Source: Balanoglossus misakiensis (lineage: Eukaryota; Animalia; Hemichordata). From it: a stretch of DNA of 64,000 bases. Below, one piece after another: positions 17,601 to 29,345 of this stretch; positions within the stretch are counted from its first letter, which is position 1; each line of letters opens with the position of its first letter. The stretch lies in assembly GCA_040954595.2 (NCBI GenBank), contig CM082587.2, positions 9,305,403-9,369,402 of the forward strand, given 5' to 3'. Below the pieces are notes generated by a model. That model was not told where the DNA came from and did not search any database. It saw only the letters and a list, made by a program, of their open reading frames with translations. The position numbers and the translations under genes were made by a program.

Positions 17601-20600
17601 ATTAACCATTGCCTTTATGTATGGAAAAATCTGATGCAGCCTTTGAAAATGCAGGCCTAGTGTCATTGACACTAGTTTGTGTACATCCTTGATAACATTT
17701 ATATCTTTCATTCAACGAGAGTAATTATCATTTTTCAGTCGCTATGGCAACCCAGAAGAATTGAGGGCATTGGTTGATAGAGCTCATGAAATGGGCATCG
17801 CTGTTTTATTGGATGTTGTTCATAGTCATGCTTGCAAGAATGTCTTAGATGGATTAAATCAGTTTGATGGCTCTAAGTCACACTACTTCCATGATGGACA
17901 TCGTGGCAACCATGATCTCTGGGATAGCCGTCTTTTTAACTACAATAAGTAAGTATCAATTCAACTGTATTTTAGAATAGGTGTGGGACACATAAAAACA
18001 GTTTCATAATAATACTCTCTCTTGGTACTTATTCTGTATGTACAATTTTGTGTGCATTTGTGTAATGTTTTATTATATACAGTTCACAACATCTTATTCT
18101 TTACTATCAATCACGTGATCTGGCCATGTGACCCACGGCGTTCTCATTTCCAGGTGACGGGCAAGCAATATTGCGGCATCCAGTAAAAGTCTTTCCGAGT
18201 ATGTTTTTACTTTAAAACCGCCAGACATACATGTATAACATGTATTAGGCATATTGCCTCATCAGCCTCATGTTATTTCGTCTGCACAGTCTTTGTCTGC
18301 ACCACGTTGGTGAAGTTGCCCGTCATTTGGAAATTTGAATGCCAAGGTAACTGCGCCTGAGCGCGTCTGACGTCATTTGATATCGAAGAATTTTGAAAGC
18401 AGGGGCTGTATCATCAATAATGACACAGTTTGTTCATCTGAAGAACATATTCCCTGTTTCTCAACATTTTGTCATTTTACAGTTTTCTTAGTTGTATTTC
18501 CATGTTTTTGTGTTACCTTCTACACCAGCACCAACCTTTAAAGTGGAACGTTGTGATCCGTTTTTGAGCCAATTCTGCGAAATGCGATTAAAAAGTACTA
18601 TGAAAAACGTTGGTTTCATTCACTTTCACTTACGCATAACAGAGCTACAGTCAGCCAAAAACTGCGCGAACCCGGAAGTGAGTGACGTCAGCAACTTGTG
18701 GTACCGTTGTCCGCTGCCGACGCGTTGGAGCGAGCTTATGCTTATACACGCCTGCACTCACGCGACCGACGACGTTAGCATGGCAACATATTCTCGGGTA
18801 GTAGGCTACAATTTTGAACCAGAGATTCCCTTCTACGACCAAGCGACTGAATTTTACAGAGGACAAAAGTTCATGCAGTTCTGATCTCCGATGTGTCCCG
18901 TTTGTCAAGGCTTACACTTGGTGTGGTTTCAGTGAAACCATAGACCCTAGAGTCTATGGTGAAACAGACAATGCTGCAATTAAACAATACCCTCCCTCGT
19001 TGTCTCTCCCTCGTTGTCACCTTTTCGAACCACTTTTCTTACAAAAATACTTAGTCACCTTTTATGGAGTTGAAAAGAACGCAGGTGCATCGTCCTGCTC
19101 TCCAGGTGTAGTACGTCCGTAGTATAATGGAAGCCAATACTATAGTTATTGTATGCATGTTTCGTCTCTTGAAATGTATTAAAACTGTCCTTTTTAGTTG
19201 CTTTCATTTGATAACTATGCGATCGTCAATAAATGGAAATTAAACCCAAATACGTGTACCAAAAAACGTGCAGGAAGGATTTAAAACGGTACGTTTATTA
19301 TTATCAGCGGCAGTTAGAACAACTTTGTATAGGCCTTACGGTTTGTTCATAAACGTCGACATGCATGGCATCATGGACATTGCAGGGTCTATGTCTGCAC
19401 GCATCGACAAATACAATACACGAAGAGCATTGCCTTTGAAAGAAACTTATCCCCGTCGATTTTCCGAATATGTTTTTAAAATCATGAACTTGACATTTCG
19501 CCATGTCAGATCCGCGCAAAATGTGTCTGTTTATTGGAAATGACACGTCGAACGTGTAAGTTGCTGACGTCACTGTAGTATTTTCAACGCGCGTCTTCTG
19601 CTTGCGCAGGAAGTGAAAGTGAATTAACCCATCGGAACGTTGCCGTTTTTGACACCCGGTTTGTACTTTGAAGCCCAAAATTGTGGGTGTCGTTCCACTT
19701 TAATGTGAATAAACTGTGTATTTTCTAAATTTCAGTTGGGAAACTTTGCGTTTCTTGCTGTCCAATTTACGGTGGTGGATGGAGCAATATCAGTTTGATG
19801 GGTTCCGTTTTGATGGTGTCACATCCATGCTATATCATCACCATGGCTTGGCTGTTGGCTTCAGTGGGGATTACTCGGAATATTTTGGTTTAGGAACTGA
19901 TACTGAAGCAATCACTTATCTGATGTTGGCAAACTACATGTTACACAAGTTTTATCCCAATTGTATCACCATAGCAGAGGTAAGTACATCACTTTAGGCT
20001 TTATAGTCAACACTGCGTCCAGATGTCTAGTGGTGTCCAACCAGTTAAAGGTACATGGGTTGCAACTGGATAAAAAAAAAAGTTTTAAATAATCCCATAT
20101 ATGCTTTTAATTATGTCTATTAAATGATAATTCATGACAGTATGTGCAGATCAACACTTATTTATGACAAAATGGCCTGGTTAAAACTTGCATATGCACT
20201 CATAATATATAGTTCAGTGCCTACATTTGCATGGGCTAATGTTTGTACAGTTTGAAAAAAAATTATGATAATTATCCCAAAAGTTGCAGCTTATGTGCCT
20301 TTAATGCCTTGGATATGAAAGTTTTACTTTCACTGTTGGTCGTAATACTCCTAAATTAAAAGAAATGAACATTATAAATTACACATTGGAAAACAATTGT
20401 TTGTTATTACCGGTACCAGGTAGTCTTCATGGACATACTCAGGGGCTTATAGATTGGATTCTGTGCACCTGTGCATCTAAAGCCGGCTTTACTCAGACAT
20501 TCCTCAAACAATTTTATTCAAACTTGCTGGAAGAACTATGTACTGTGAAATACATAGTTATGCATGTCAATTTGTGTCACAATTGGGTTTAAGGTCATGA

Positions 20601-23600
20601 CCTAGCAGTTATTTTGTTATAATTTATTAATGGCCAGAACCATTGCTTGAACCCGCCTGTTTTCATTCAAACTTGGTACAAAGATAATGTACTATGAGAA
20701 GCTGATGTGGTTCTTGAGATTTTGCATACATACATATGACAGACAAACATTGATGGACAGACACTGACTGTCATTGGGAGCTCTTGGGATCAGTCAGTGT
20801 CTGTCCCTCTCTCTGTCTGTCTTTCTGTCTCACTGTCTGTCTGTCTGTCTCTCTGTCTGTCTGTGTCACTGTCAGAGCAGATTTACATGTACATGTATAA
20901 TGTAACAACGCTGATCAAATCGCAGCATGTGTTCTTGATGATATTTTTTTTAATGTAAGGCTGTTTAACAAAAAATACTGCAAGTGCATGATACTTGTAA
21001 AACTTGATACAGATCCTGGGGCTACAAGATGTTACACACTGTATTTTGTTGCCATTTGTTTCACACTAATCCTCTTGAGGCAATCTCTGCTCTGAGTTTT
21101 GAGTACATTATGCGCATAGCACATGATGAAACATTATAATTAGTGTTTTTTCTAAAAAAAATCAACTTGCAGGATGTATCCGGAATGCCAGCACTGTGTC
21201 GTCCTGTTCAGGAAGGTGGTGGTGGTTTTGATTACAGATTAGGTATGGCAATACCAGACAAGTGGATCCAGGTAATATACATGCTTCATATTTTAACTCA
21301 GTATTTGTTGTCTAAAATGAAAATTGATTATTACACACACCTAGTGACTGATACATTTTACATTACACCCCAAGAAGCTAATGTTAATAGTATTTATTCA
21401 CCAAGGCAAAAAACTAACAACACCAAAGATATAAACATATATTGACTGGCTACAAGGGTAACAGCATGCATTGGTTTCCCCAGGGGGACTGGGAGTCACC
21501 CCAAAATAGTCTGTTTTCCGAGGCCAAAGGTCAAGGGAAATAGACTGACTTGCAGCCCTGAACGGACAGAAAAATATGCTGTTACCTGAATATGGCCAGT
21601 CTGTATGTGTTTTATAACACATCTCACCTGAAAGTCTCACAAATAGGGAAATTTCTCCTCTGTAATCAAGTTGGTCACTGACATCCTTGCCATCTCATCG
21701 TTTAGTTTGTGTTTTTTAGGAATGCACCAGTTGATGGTGCTTTTCATCTTAAACAGGTGACAGTTTTCAGAGGTGACAAGGAATGTTACCTTTCGAAAAT
21801 TGTTGACTACTAGCTCATCTTTATATGTATTGGCACGAAATTTTGGGGCACTATTTGCCGCTTTTGGTTTGAAAATCATCTCTGAATTGCTTGCCTGATT
21901 GCTTTGAAATTTGGTCTGCAAATCCCTGGATGTGATATTGTAATTTGGGGGCAATCATTCTTAGAAGTTGCTGAAATTTATTCTCAACAGGTTTTGAAAG
22001 AATATAAGGATGACGAATGGAATATTGGTAACATCATACACACCCTTACAAATCGTCGCCATGGTGAAAAGACAGTTGCATATGCAGAGTCACATGACCA
22101 AGCCCTTGTTGGTGATAAAACTCTAGCATTTTGGTTGATGGATAAGGAAATGTACACTCATATGTCCAAAATGTCTGAGCCAAGTCTTATCATTGACAGA
22201 GGTATTGCTTTGCATAAGATGATTCGACTTATGACTCATGCATTGGGTGGTGAGGCATGGCTAAATTTCATTGGTGAGTAGGTTTCTTTCAACCACGTAG
22301 TGAATGTCTTAAAGGCCATTTTCTCGATCCCAGGGCAGAACAATGAAGGCAAATAAGAAATCCTTTGTGTTAGCACGTAACTGTTTATTGGAAACAAAAG
22401 ATTTGACCCACTGTTGAGAAGGGCCTTTAAACTGTTTTGAAAAATAGAAATTGCTTATCTGACACTGATAAATAAAAGTTTTTGAAAGTTTTAATGTCCC
22501 AGTAATGGATAGGAAAGTGAAATGAGTAAATCCGTTTCTGGTATTTTATAATCATTTGTGAATTTATTGATCATTCTAACAAATAATTCTCTGAGTAGCT
22601 TTAATCATACTGACTTCCTCGTGCAGATGTACTTGGGAGGGGAATTCATGAATTGGACCTCATTTGTCTTGACTATCCATTGACTTTTTGCATTAACTTT
22701 ATGAGTAAGTTTGTGCTAAAATACTGCTAGAGGTTAGTGCAAGGGATACAACCACTTAGCAGTTTCTGGTCAAGAAATTGAAAATTTACATATTCAATGA
22801 AGGTTTTTAGTTCCTGCGAAGCGCCAGACTTACAGATTAGGTCATGTCTGTGCGTCACCAGTGATTTCTCAGCCATTTGTGAAGGGATTTTTGAACAGTT
22901 TGGATACATATCTGAATCTGACTTTGAAATTACCCTTGATGTCTATTAATATTCAGACAAGTATGGTTCCAGCATATTTGTGCAACCATTATTATGATAC
23001 ATTTTGTTGTTTATTTCAGGAAATGAATTTGGTCATCCTGAATGGTTAGATTTCCCCCGTCCTGGTAATGGTAATAGTTATCATTATGCAAGGAGACAGT
23101 GGAATATTTTGGATGACAAGCTTCTCAAGTATCACTTTCTGAATGATTTTGACAGAGCTATGAATACATTAGAAGCAGAGCATGGATGGCTTTCTAGTCC
23201 ACAGGTAAGTTTTCAATGTTTATGTGCAAAGAGACAGATCTGCCCTTGTTAATGAGGGCTTATGATGCATACAAATCACTTGACTGTGACTGAATTAAAC
23301 TTACGATTTATTTCAAGAAATACTTGACAATGGATATTTTGTTATATGGCCACGTGTTAAATGTAACAGCAGAGCTTATTGCTTGCTGATGTTCAAAAAG
23401 TGAAACCAGGAATATGATTGGATCACAGTACAAACTGAATCATTTGCATAACTGTAGAAATACACTTTATCATGTGACATCCTCAGAGTCTGTTTTCCAC
23501 TGCAGTAGTTGGCATGCAACAAACTTTCTGTGAGGAGTTATATGAAATTTCTGTGACATACATACATGTATGGAAATATTAAAAGCAATTCTTGTTTTGC

Positions 23601-26600
23601 AGGCATATATCAGTACAAAACATGATGATGATAAAACTATTGTGTTCGAACGTGCTGGACTTCTCTTCATATTTAACTTCCATCCCACGAAAAGTTTCTC
23701 AGACTATCGTGTTGGTGTTGATGTTCCTGGAAAGTATCCTTCATACATCAGTAAATTGGCAAATAATTTTACATGGTGAAAATGTAAGTAATGCAGGTAT
23801 TCGGCAGGAACTCTAGAAGTCACTTTTACTTAATCGTTTTCACAATTGTGGATTTCTGATAAATATGATCTATCCCATTTGTTAGCTACTGACCCTGAAC
23901 TTTATAAAATTGGATAAATGTAGAAGTGTCATGACATGAGAATTTATAGAAGAAATATTACAGAATCACAAAAAACATGAAAGATAAAGAATGTGAGATA
24001 AATGACATGATGACCACAGCTAAATTAAAGACTAAACAAAAACATTTTTTATGATTTTAGTTTCAGTTTGTTATGTCATCTTATTGTACTCAGGGATGTA
24101 TGTCTGTTTGTGATTGGATCTGGACGACAAATGCATTGATAAGTTTGAGTGTGTAAATAAATTCTGGAGGTGCCAACTCCCTGTGGCTTAGATATGTTTA
24201 ACACTATTGTAACATACTGGGTTTAATTCAGACGTAGTGAGAGTGAAGTGATAGTTTGTAGTAGAGCGTATGCTAGTGCATTATGCTACTATTATTGGAA
24301 TTACTATGAAATAGTTTGGATGCCTTAGAACACGCATATCAGGAAGAAAACAAAGCTTCTAAATTGTTTGGATATCTTTTTTCAGCCACTAAAATATGCG
24401 CTCTCCATGAATTTTCCAATCTTCCACTTCTGAAAAGGAGACTTGTTGAAATGGTATGCTCAAATGATGTCTAAATGTCTAAGCTCTGAACTGTTCTTTC
24501 CAAGAAGTTTTTGCCCTATTAACCTCCCACTCCCTGTCCCCCCCCCTAGGTATTGTACATTTAAAATTAGTGTTCTAGTCTGACAACACATTTTTGAGTT
24601 GAGAGCTAGCACAGTGATGATTGATATGCTTTTCCTTAACTAGTTCAGATATCGAATAGCATTAGATTCTGATGCTGAAGAGTTTGGTGGGCACAAGCTT
24701 ATAAATCATGACACAGACTTCTTCACCTTCAATGAAGCTTGGAATAACAGAGCCAATTCATTAATGGTAAGTGGAGTTGCAACTGATTGTTTGGGGCCAT
24801 TGCATTCTGTCCTCTACTGCCCTCAGTGGTCACTGACAAGGAAAATACTGCACATAATTCTTATGTGTGTACATTGACATGTCTTTGCATTCATTCAAAA
24901 AGCGCATGTTTAATCAGTCTGCCTGGTATTAGACATTCCTGGGATGATGTTCTAATTGAGACATGACCCTGACAGAACAAAGTAAAACCTCTACACTATA
25001 TGAATCATGTCATGATTCAGATCATGCCTCGAAGTGTGGCAAGTCTTTTCAGTACACTGAAGACCATGATGGTATTTTCGAAAATGTGCCAATATATTGT
25101 TACCCATACAATTCTGAATGCCTTATTCTAGTACATGTATTTTGAAATTAAATATCGTTAAAGGGACAAAGTCTTCTCTCACTGCCCTTTTTCCATTAAT
25201 TATGGTTGATACAAGACACTGTTTATGTTAATGTACATGTGGATATGTAGTGAATGAACATTCAACCACACACAACTTCCATCCCGCTTGTATGATATGA
25301 GAGTAAAAAACGATTATTCATTTTGGCAAGTTTTTTCACTCTCGTGTTTACAAGCGGGATGGAAGGTGTGTGTGGTTGAACGTTGATTCACTACACATGT
25401 AGACATGTTGAATACATTGTAACATAAACGGTGTGTCTTGTATCAAACATAATTAAAGGGGAAATCCGCTATAGCTGATTTCTACATAATTTGGTAGCTT
25501 TGATGTCTCTCATATTCGCCATGTATAGGTCGCGCGATTTTTTACAAAATCTAGGGAAAGTTGGCAGAATTTTCAATATGGCGTTTACTGTAATTTGAAT
25601 CATGGGAAAAAAAGCGCCAGGAGCAACTTCCGCCCACCATGGTGTGGGTGATACCATTCTCCGATTGGTGTCACTGGGCGACAGACTAGGCGTATTTTCA
25701 TAGCTATTGTTTGTTCTTTGCATCAGTTGATAAACAATCATCAGCAAAGTCGAAAATTTGTCATCTATTGACAGTTTTCATGAGCTATAACCCATGAAAA
25801 ATATGGAAATACGCTTAGCTTATAATAATAATAATAATAATTTATTCAGTACCAATGGCCACCGGCCAAACTGTACAAAAATTCCAAGTATTACAGGTTT
25901 TTGACGCTAGTACGGTATAAAAAATAGATGCACTGTCACAATTCTGGAGATGGAAATACAGAGACATAATAAACTATACATGTATATTGTTCAAATTATC
26001 ATGTCTACGTTTTGTTGCATAGAATATGTATCTGCTGAGATTACGAACAGTTTCTACTTTCTCTGAAGAGAGAAGTAGTGTGAATTTATACAGAACAGGG
26101 GGGTTGTGAAAATAGTCTGGAATATATTTGACTCTCAAATCAGAGTACTTTGGACAAACTAACAAAAAATGGAATTCGTCTTCGACATATTTCAAAGAAC
26201 ACAAATCACACAGTCTGTCATGGCGTGGAATATTACTCCATCGTCCGGTCTCTACCTTTAAACAGTGAGCAGAGACTCTAAATTTGCATAGGGCTAGCCT
26301 GAATACAGGTTTCTCAATCTGTAACAAATATGGTTCTACACGGAGTTCTTTTTTAAAAGTTGAATAGGTTTCCAACCTTCTAGAGTGACTCAAATTTTCA
26401 GTCCATGACTGAACATCAATATCAACACATCTTTGTTTAAAAGTCTTTAAAAACATAGCTTCATTTCCAACACCTTGGTTTTCCCACACTTCACCAAAAC
26501 CATAACTCTGTAGCAAAAAGCGTACATTTTTTGCCCAAAACTTATAACGTGTAACATCAATATTACAAAGCTGAAATTCATAGCATTTATATACAATTCT

Positions 26601-29345
26601 ATTTTTATCCATTTTCAAAATACGGAGCCAATATTTGATAATTTTACAATAAATATGCACCCTTAAGGTAACTCTACCTAATTCGCCTCTCATGGCTGCT
26701 ACTGAAGTATTTTTATACAGTTTTAAAGCATAACGCATCATTTTGTTGTGAAGCTTCTCAATGTCATGAGCTGGGTGGAAGCCCCAGATTTCTGAACCAT
26801 ACAGTAAAATTGGAATAATTTTAGCATCAAACAATTTCCACACAATGTCCACTGGCAAAGTGCCAAATTTGTGTAAACAATTTGTGAGAGTATAAAGAGC
26901 TCTATTAGCTTGCTCACTGAGTGCTTTTTGAGCTTGGAACCATTGACCGGTCCAGGAAAAAACTACACCAAGATACCCATGAAATGAGGTTACTGATACC
27001 TGCTGACCATTATAAAACCATTTTTCATACTTTCTTAGTCCCCCACCCCTCCTGAAAACGATAACTTTGGTTTTATCCATATTTACTGTGAGTTTCCATT
27101 TACAACAATATTCATACATTTGGTTAAATAAACGTTGTAAACCTATCCTAGAAGAACTCACAAGAGCTAGGTCATCAGCAAATAAAAGGTAGATAATTTT
27201 TAAAATGCCAATTTGACAGCCAGAAAATTGGTAAGTACTACTCAATGTTTCACCCAGGTCATTCACAAACATATTGAATAAAAGAGGTGACAAAACAGAG
27301 CCTTGTTGTACACCACAACTACATTCGAAAAATTTAGTTATACCTTTCTGAGTTCGCACACAGGCTTTAACATTTTGGTACATTGAAAAGATGACATTGT
27401 AAACTTTACTTCTAATTCCACATTTGAGTAACTTGTAAAAAAGACAGTAGTGGTCAATACGGTCAAAAGCCTTCTCAAAATCAATAAAGGCAATGTACAC
27501 TCTCCCCTTTTGGTGTGCTAAATAGTTAGAAATAATTGTATAAAGTATAAATACATTGTCAGAAGTACAATAAAATTTGCGAAAGCCTGCCTGTTCATCA
27601 ACAATTGGATGGTTTTCTTCAAGCCATCTGTGGAGTCTACAATCAAGTATGCTGCAAAATATTTTACCCATTACCGGGAGCAGTGTGATACCTCTAAAAT
27701 TTCCCGCACAATCATTAGCACCTTTCTTATGAATTGGAGCAATGACACCTGTTGCCCAAGCAGCAGGAAAGTTACCAGAATCCAATACAGCATTAAAAAG
27801 TTTACATAGCAATTCTATAACAATAGGTGGACACGCTTTGAATATGTCAGGTGTTACACCGTCAATCCCAGGTGCTTTGCCACATTTGAGTTTGTCAATA
27901 CACACAACAATTTCATCAATAACAATAGGTGCATTTAAACTGTCCAAAGTGTACGGAATGTCATCACTGTTTTCTACATTATCAACAAAATTGGAAATAC
28001 TCTCATAAAAAGTTTTAAATTCTTCACTTTCCAGACCTGGAGTATTAAGAAGTACACTGAAATAATTGAACCAGTCATCACTTTGAATGTCTCCAGACGG
28101 GAGAGTTGATTTTTTTTTAACTAATGACCAAAATTTCTTAGAATTTGTCTGTTTCGATGAGTTCACCAAGTTTTCAAGGTTCTGGTGACGGAAACACTTC
28201 TTTTTGTGATCAATGAACTCTCTATAATCTTTTTTACACTGTTTTAAGGTATTTAAATTACATACAGATCTATTGTTTCTGAAAGTATTAAGCCTGGAAT
28301 TTACAGTACGCTTAAATTGCTTACAATCGCTATCATACCATGACTTTTCAATGGGTACAACAGTACTCTGAAATTGTGAGGAACACCGTTGTTTACGTTT
28401 CATTCCATCAGCAGCAGTTTTTATCATTACCAGCAGGCAGCCAGCTGCCTGATCAATATTCATATTGTCAACAAGTGAATAAAAATCTACAATGAGGTTT
28501 CTAGCTTCAAGAGACTCCCAATATTCCAAAAACGACTCTCTTTTGACATCTGCCCAAATAAATCTATCAAGTTGGGGCAATACTGGAGAAGTGTTTACAT
28601 TTGATGCCACAGTATTCTGAATATTATTACAATGAGGATCAGTAACAATGTCAAATACAAGAGGTTGATGGTCAGACTCTGCTCTGTTGCCAACATAAAA
28701 TACGCTTAGCTTGTGACACAGTGACACCAATCGGAAAATGGTATCACCCACACCAAGGTGGGCGGAAGTTGGTCCTGGCGCTTTTTTTCCCATGATTCAA
28801 ATTACAGTAAACGCCATATTGGAAATTCTGCCAACTTTCCCTAGATTTTGTAAAAAATCGCGCGACCTATACATGGCGAATATGTTTTTTTCTGAAAGAG
28901 AGACATCAAAGCTACCAAATTATGTAGAAATCAGCTACAGCGGATTTCCCCTTTAATGGGAAAAGGGCAGCAAGAGAGAGATAGAGAGAGCCAGAGAGAG
29001 AGAGGGAGAGTTTTAAAAGTCAAAAGTCTATACCTGTGTTGGCCAAGAAAAATTCTATTAATTTACTGAAATTGTGTGACAAAAGAAATCCACATAACCA
29101 CTGCATTTACCTGTAATTTGCTTAGAAATGCTGTGTGCTAAGAAAATGATTGTGAGAGTAAGAAACACATGGTAAGAAAATACAGGCCCGTTTCATGTAA
29201 AGACGGATCTTCACAGTGCACAGTCTGCTATAATTACTGTACTGTAGATGGGTTTTTTTTACACAAACTACAATGTATTTCATTTTTTCGTGTTTAGGTG
29301 TATGTACCAAGCAGAGTGGCCATTGTCCTGGCAAAAGTTGAATGA
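11605..29345 (+). CDS. GBE1: 1,4-alpha-glucan (glycogen) branching enzyme, GH13, 13 exons, ~693 aa
   Basis: Exons 11605-11723, 13923-14092, 15239-15354, 16200-16467, 16867-16957, 17739-17948, 19736-19979, 21173-21271, 21991-22273, 23020-23204, 23603-23733, 24649-24766, 29298-29345 sum to 2082 nt. Motifs: [40 protein letters not shown] (nucleophile Asp), TIAEDVSG (acid/base Glu), [21 protein letters not shown] and C-terminal [11 protein letters not shown]. Confidence 0.96.
12761..12902. repeat. 142-bp imperfect palindrome (hairpin/MITE-like) in GBE1 intron 1
   Basis: AGCAATAACCCCCGCC...GCACGAGCC-GTCA-GGCGAGTGC...GGCGGGGGTTATTGCT. Looser related hairpins occur at ~5900-5960 and ~12116-12310. 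Confidence 0.85.
14600..14700 (-). mobile_element. Possible tRNA-derived SINE head (degenerate)
   Basis: The minus strand reads GGTCCTGGGTTCGATTCTC (B-box/T-arm-like) at ~14627-14645; no full cloverleaf is visible. Confidence 0.35.
15733..15941. mobile_element. TA-flanked MITE (Tc1/mariner-type ends); family copies at 39790-39983 and 53329-53494
   Basis: TA|CTGCAAAA...TTTTACAG|TA with shared internal TTAATTTTCG(C)GTTCTCTTATTTCATT in all three copies. Confidence 0.8.
18542..19699. mobile_element. Kolobok-like DNA transposon deletion derivative (TTAA TSD, AG..CT termini) with convergent ORF remnants
   Basis: TTAA|AGTGGAACG ... CGTTCCACT|TTAA, subterminal inverted GTGACGTCAGCAACTT/AAGTTGCTGACGTCAC, and a THAP-like start [16 protein letters not shown] on the minus strand. 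Confidence 0.7.
20049..20300. mobile_element. TTAA-flanked MITE (Kolobok-like ends)
   Basis: TTAA|AGGTACATGGGTTGCAACT...AGTTGCAGCTTATGTGCCT|TTAA. A similar left end occurs at ~48551. Confidence 0.6.
22313..22426. mobile_element. Small TTAA-flanked element
   Basis: TTAA|AGGCCATTTTCTCG...GAGAAGGGCCT|TTAA. Confidence 0.45.
23734..24648 (+). other. U12-type GT-AG intron in GBE1
   Basis: Donor GTATCCTT at 23734-23741, consensus branch site TTTTCCTTAAC at 24630-24640 and AG at 24647-24648 with no polypyrimidine tract. Joining gives [11 protein letters not shown]. Confidence 0.93.
25822..28697 (-). mobile_element. 5'-truncated non-LTR retrotransposon (LINE; possibly RTE-X/CR1-group), young
   Basis: 15-bp TSD AAATACGCTTAGCTT at 25807-25821 and 28698-28712. 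The minus-strand 3' end has AATAAA followed by a (TTA)n tail, and the ORF2 frame is uninterrupted. Confidence 0.93.
25974..28793 (-). CDS. LINE ORF2-derived reverse transcriptase, 939 aa; endonuclease domain mostly missing, first ~32 aa from the MITE TIR/TSD
   Basis: RT motifs [44 protein letters not shown] and LFADD; residual APE C-terminal SDH motif; C-terminal [14 protein letters not shown] zinc-knuckle-like motif. Confidence 0.9.
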   Translation of the reverse strand: MGKKAPGPTSAHLGVGDTIFRLVSLCHKLSVFYVGNRAESDHQPLVFDIVTDPHCNNIQNTVASNVNTSPVLPQLDRFIWADVKRESFLEYWESLEARNLIVDFYSLVDNMNIDQAAGCLLVMIKTAADGMKRKQRCSSQFQSTVVPIEKSWYDSDCKQFKRTVNSRLNTFRNNRSVCNLNTLKQCKKDYREFIDHKKKCFRHQNLENLVNSSKQTNSKKFWSLVKKKSTLPSGDIQSDDWFNYFSVLLNTPGLESEEFKTFYESISNFVDNVENSDDIPYTLDSLNAPIVIDEIVVCIDKLKCGKAPGIDGVTPDIFKACPPIVIELLCKLFNAVLDSGNFPAAWATGVIAPIHKKGANDCAGNFRGITLLPVMGKIFCSILDCRLHRWLEENHPIVDEQAGFRKFYCTSDNVFILYTIISNYLAHQKGRVYIAFIDFEKAFDRIDHYCLFYKLLKCGIRSKVYNVIFSMYQNVKACVRTQKGITKFFECSCGVQQGSVLSPLLFNMFVNDLGETLSSTYQFSGCQIGILKIIYLLFADDLALVSSSRIGLQRLFNQMYEYCCKWKLTVNMDKTKVIVFRRGGGLRKYEKWFYNGQQVSVTSFHGYLGVVFSWTGQWFQAQKALSEQANRALYTLTNCLHKFGTLPVDIVWKLFDAKIIPILLYGSEIWGFHPAHDIEKLHNKMMRYALKLYKNTSVAAMRGELGRVTLRVHIYCKIIKYWLRILKMDKNRIVYKCYEFQLCNIDVTRYKFWAKNVRFLLQSYGFGEVWENQGVGNEAMFLKTFKQRCVDIDVQSWTENLSHSRRLETYSTFKKELRVEPYLLQIEKPVFRLALCKFRVSAHCLKVETGRWSNIPRHDRLCDLCSLKYVEDEFHFLLVCPKYSDLRVKYIPDYFHNPPVLYKFTLLLSSEKVETVRNLSRYIFYATKRRHDNLNNIHV

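Larger units (their letters stand above)
25457..28952. mobile_element. MITE B with ~220-bp TIRs and TTAA TSD (Kolobok-like ends), ~605 bp once the LINE is removed
   Basis: TTAA|AGGGGAAATCCGCT...AGCGGATTTCCCCT|TTAA; arms ~25457-25677 and ~28719-28952 are near-perfect reverse complements. Confidence 0.9.
25162..29012. mobile_element. Palindromic TTAA-flanked MITE family A, split by nested insertions (25162-25456 and ~28957-29012)
   Basis: Matches the intact copy at 42717-43063; ...AAACATAATTAA resumes as TGGGAAAAGGGCAGC after the insert. The right end is degenerate. Confidence 0.8.

Noticed and set aside
25469-25747. Twin ORFs 25469-25747(-) and 28738-28956(+) with near-identical peptides
   Set aside because: They are the two TIRs of MITE B read on opposite strands, not duplicated genes.
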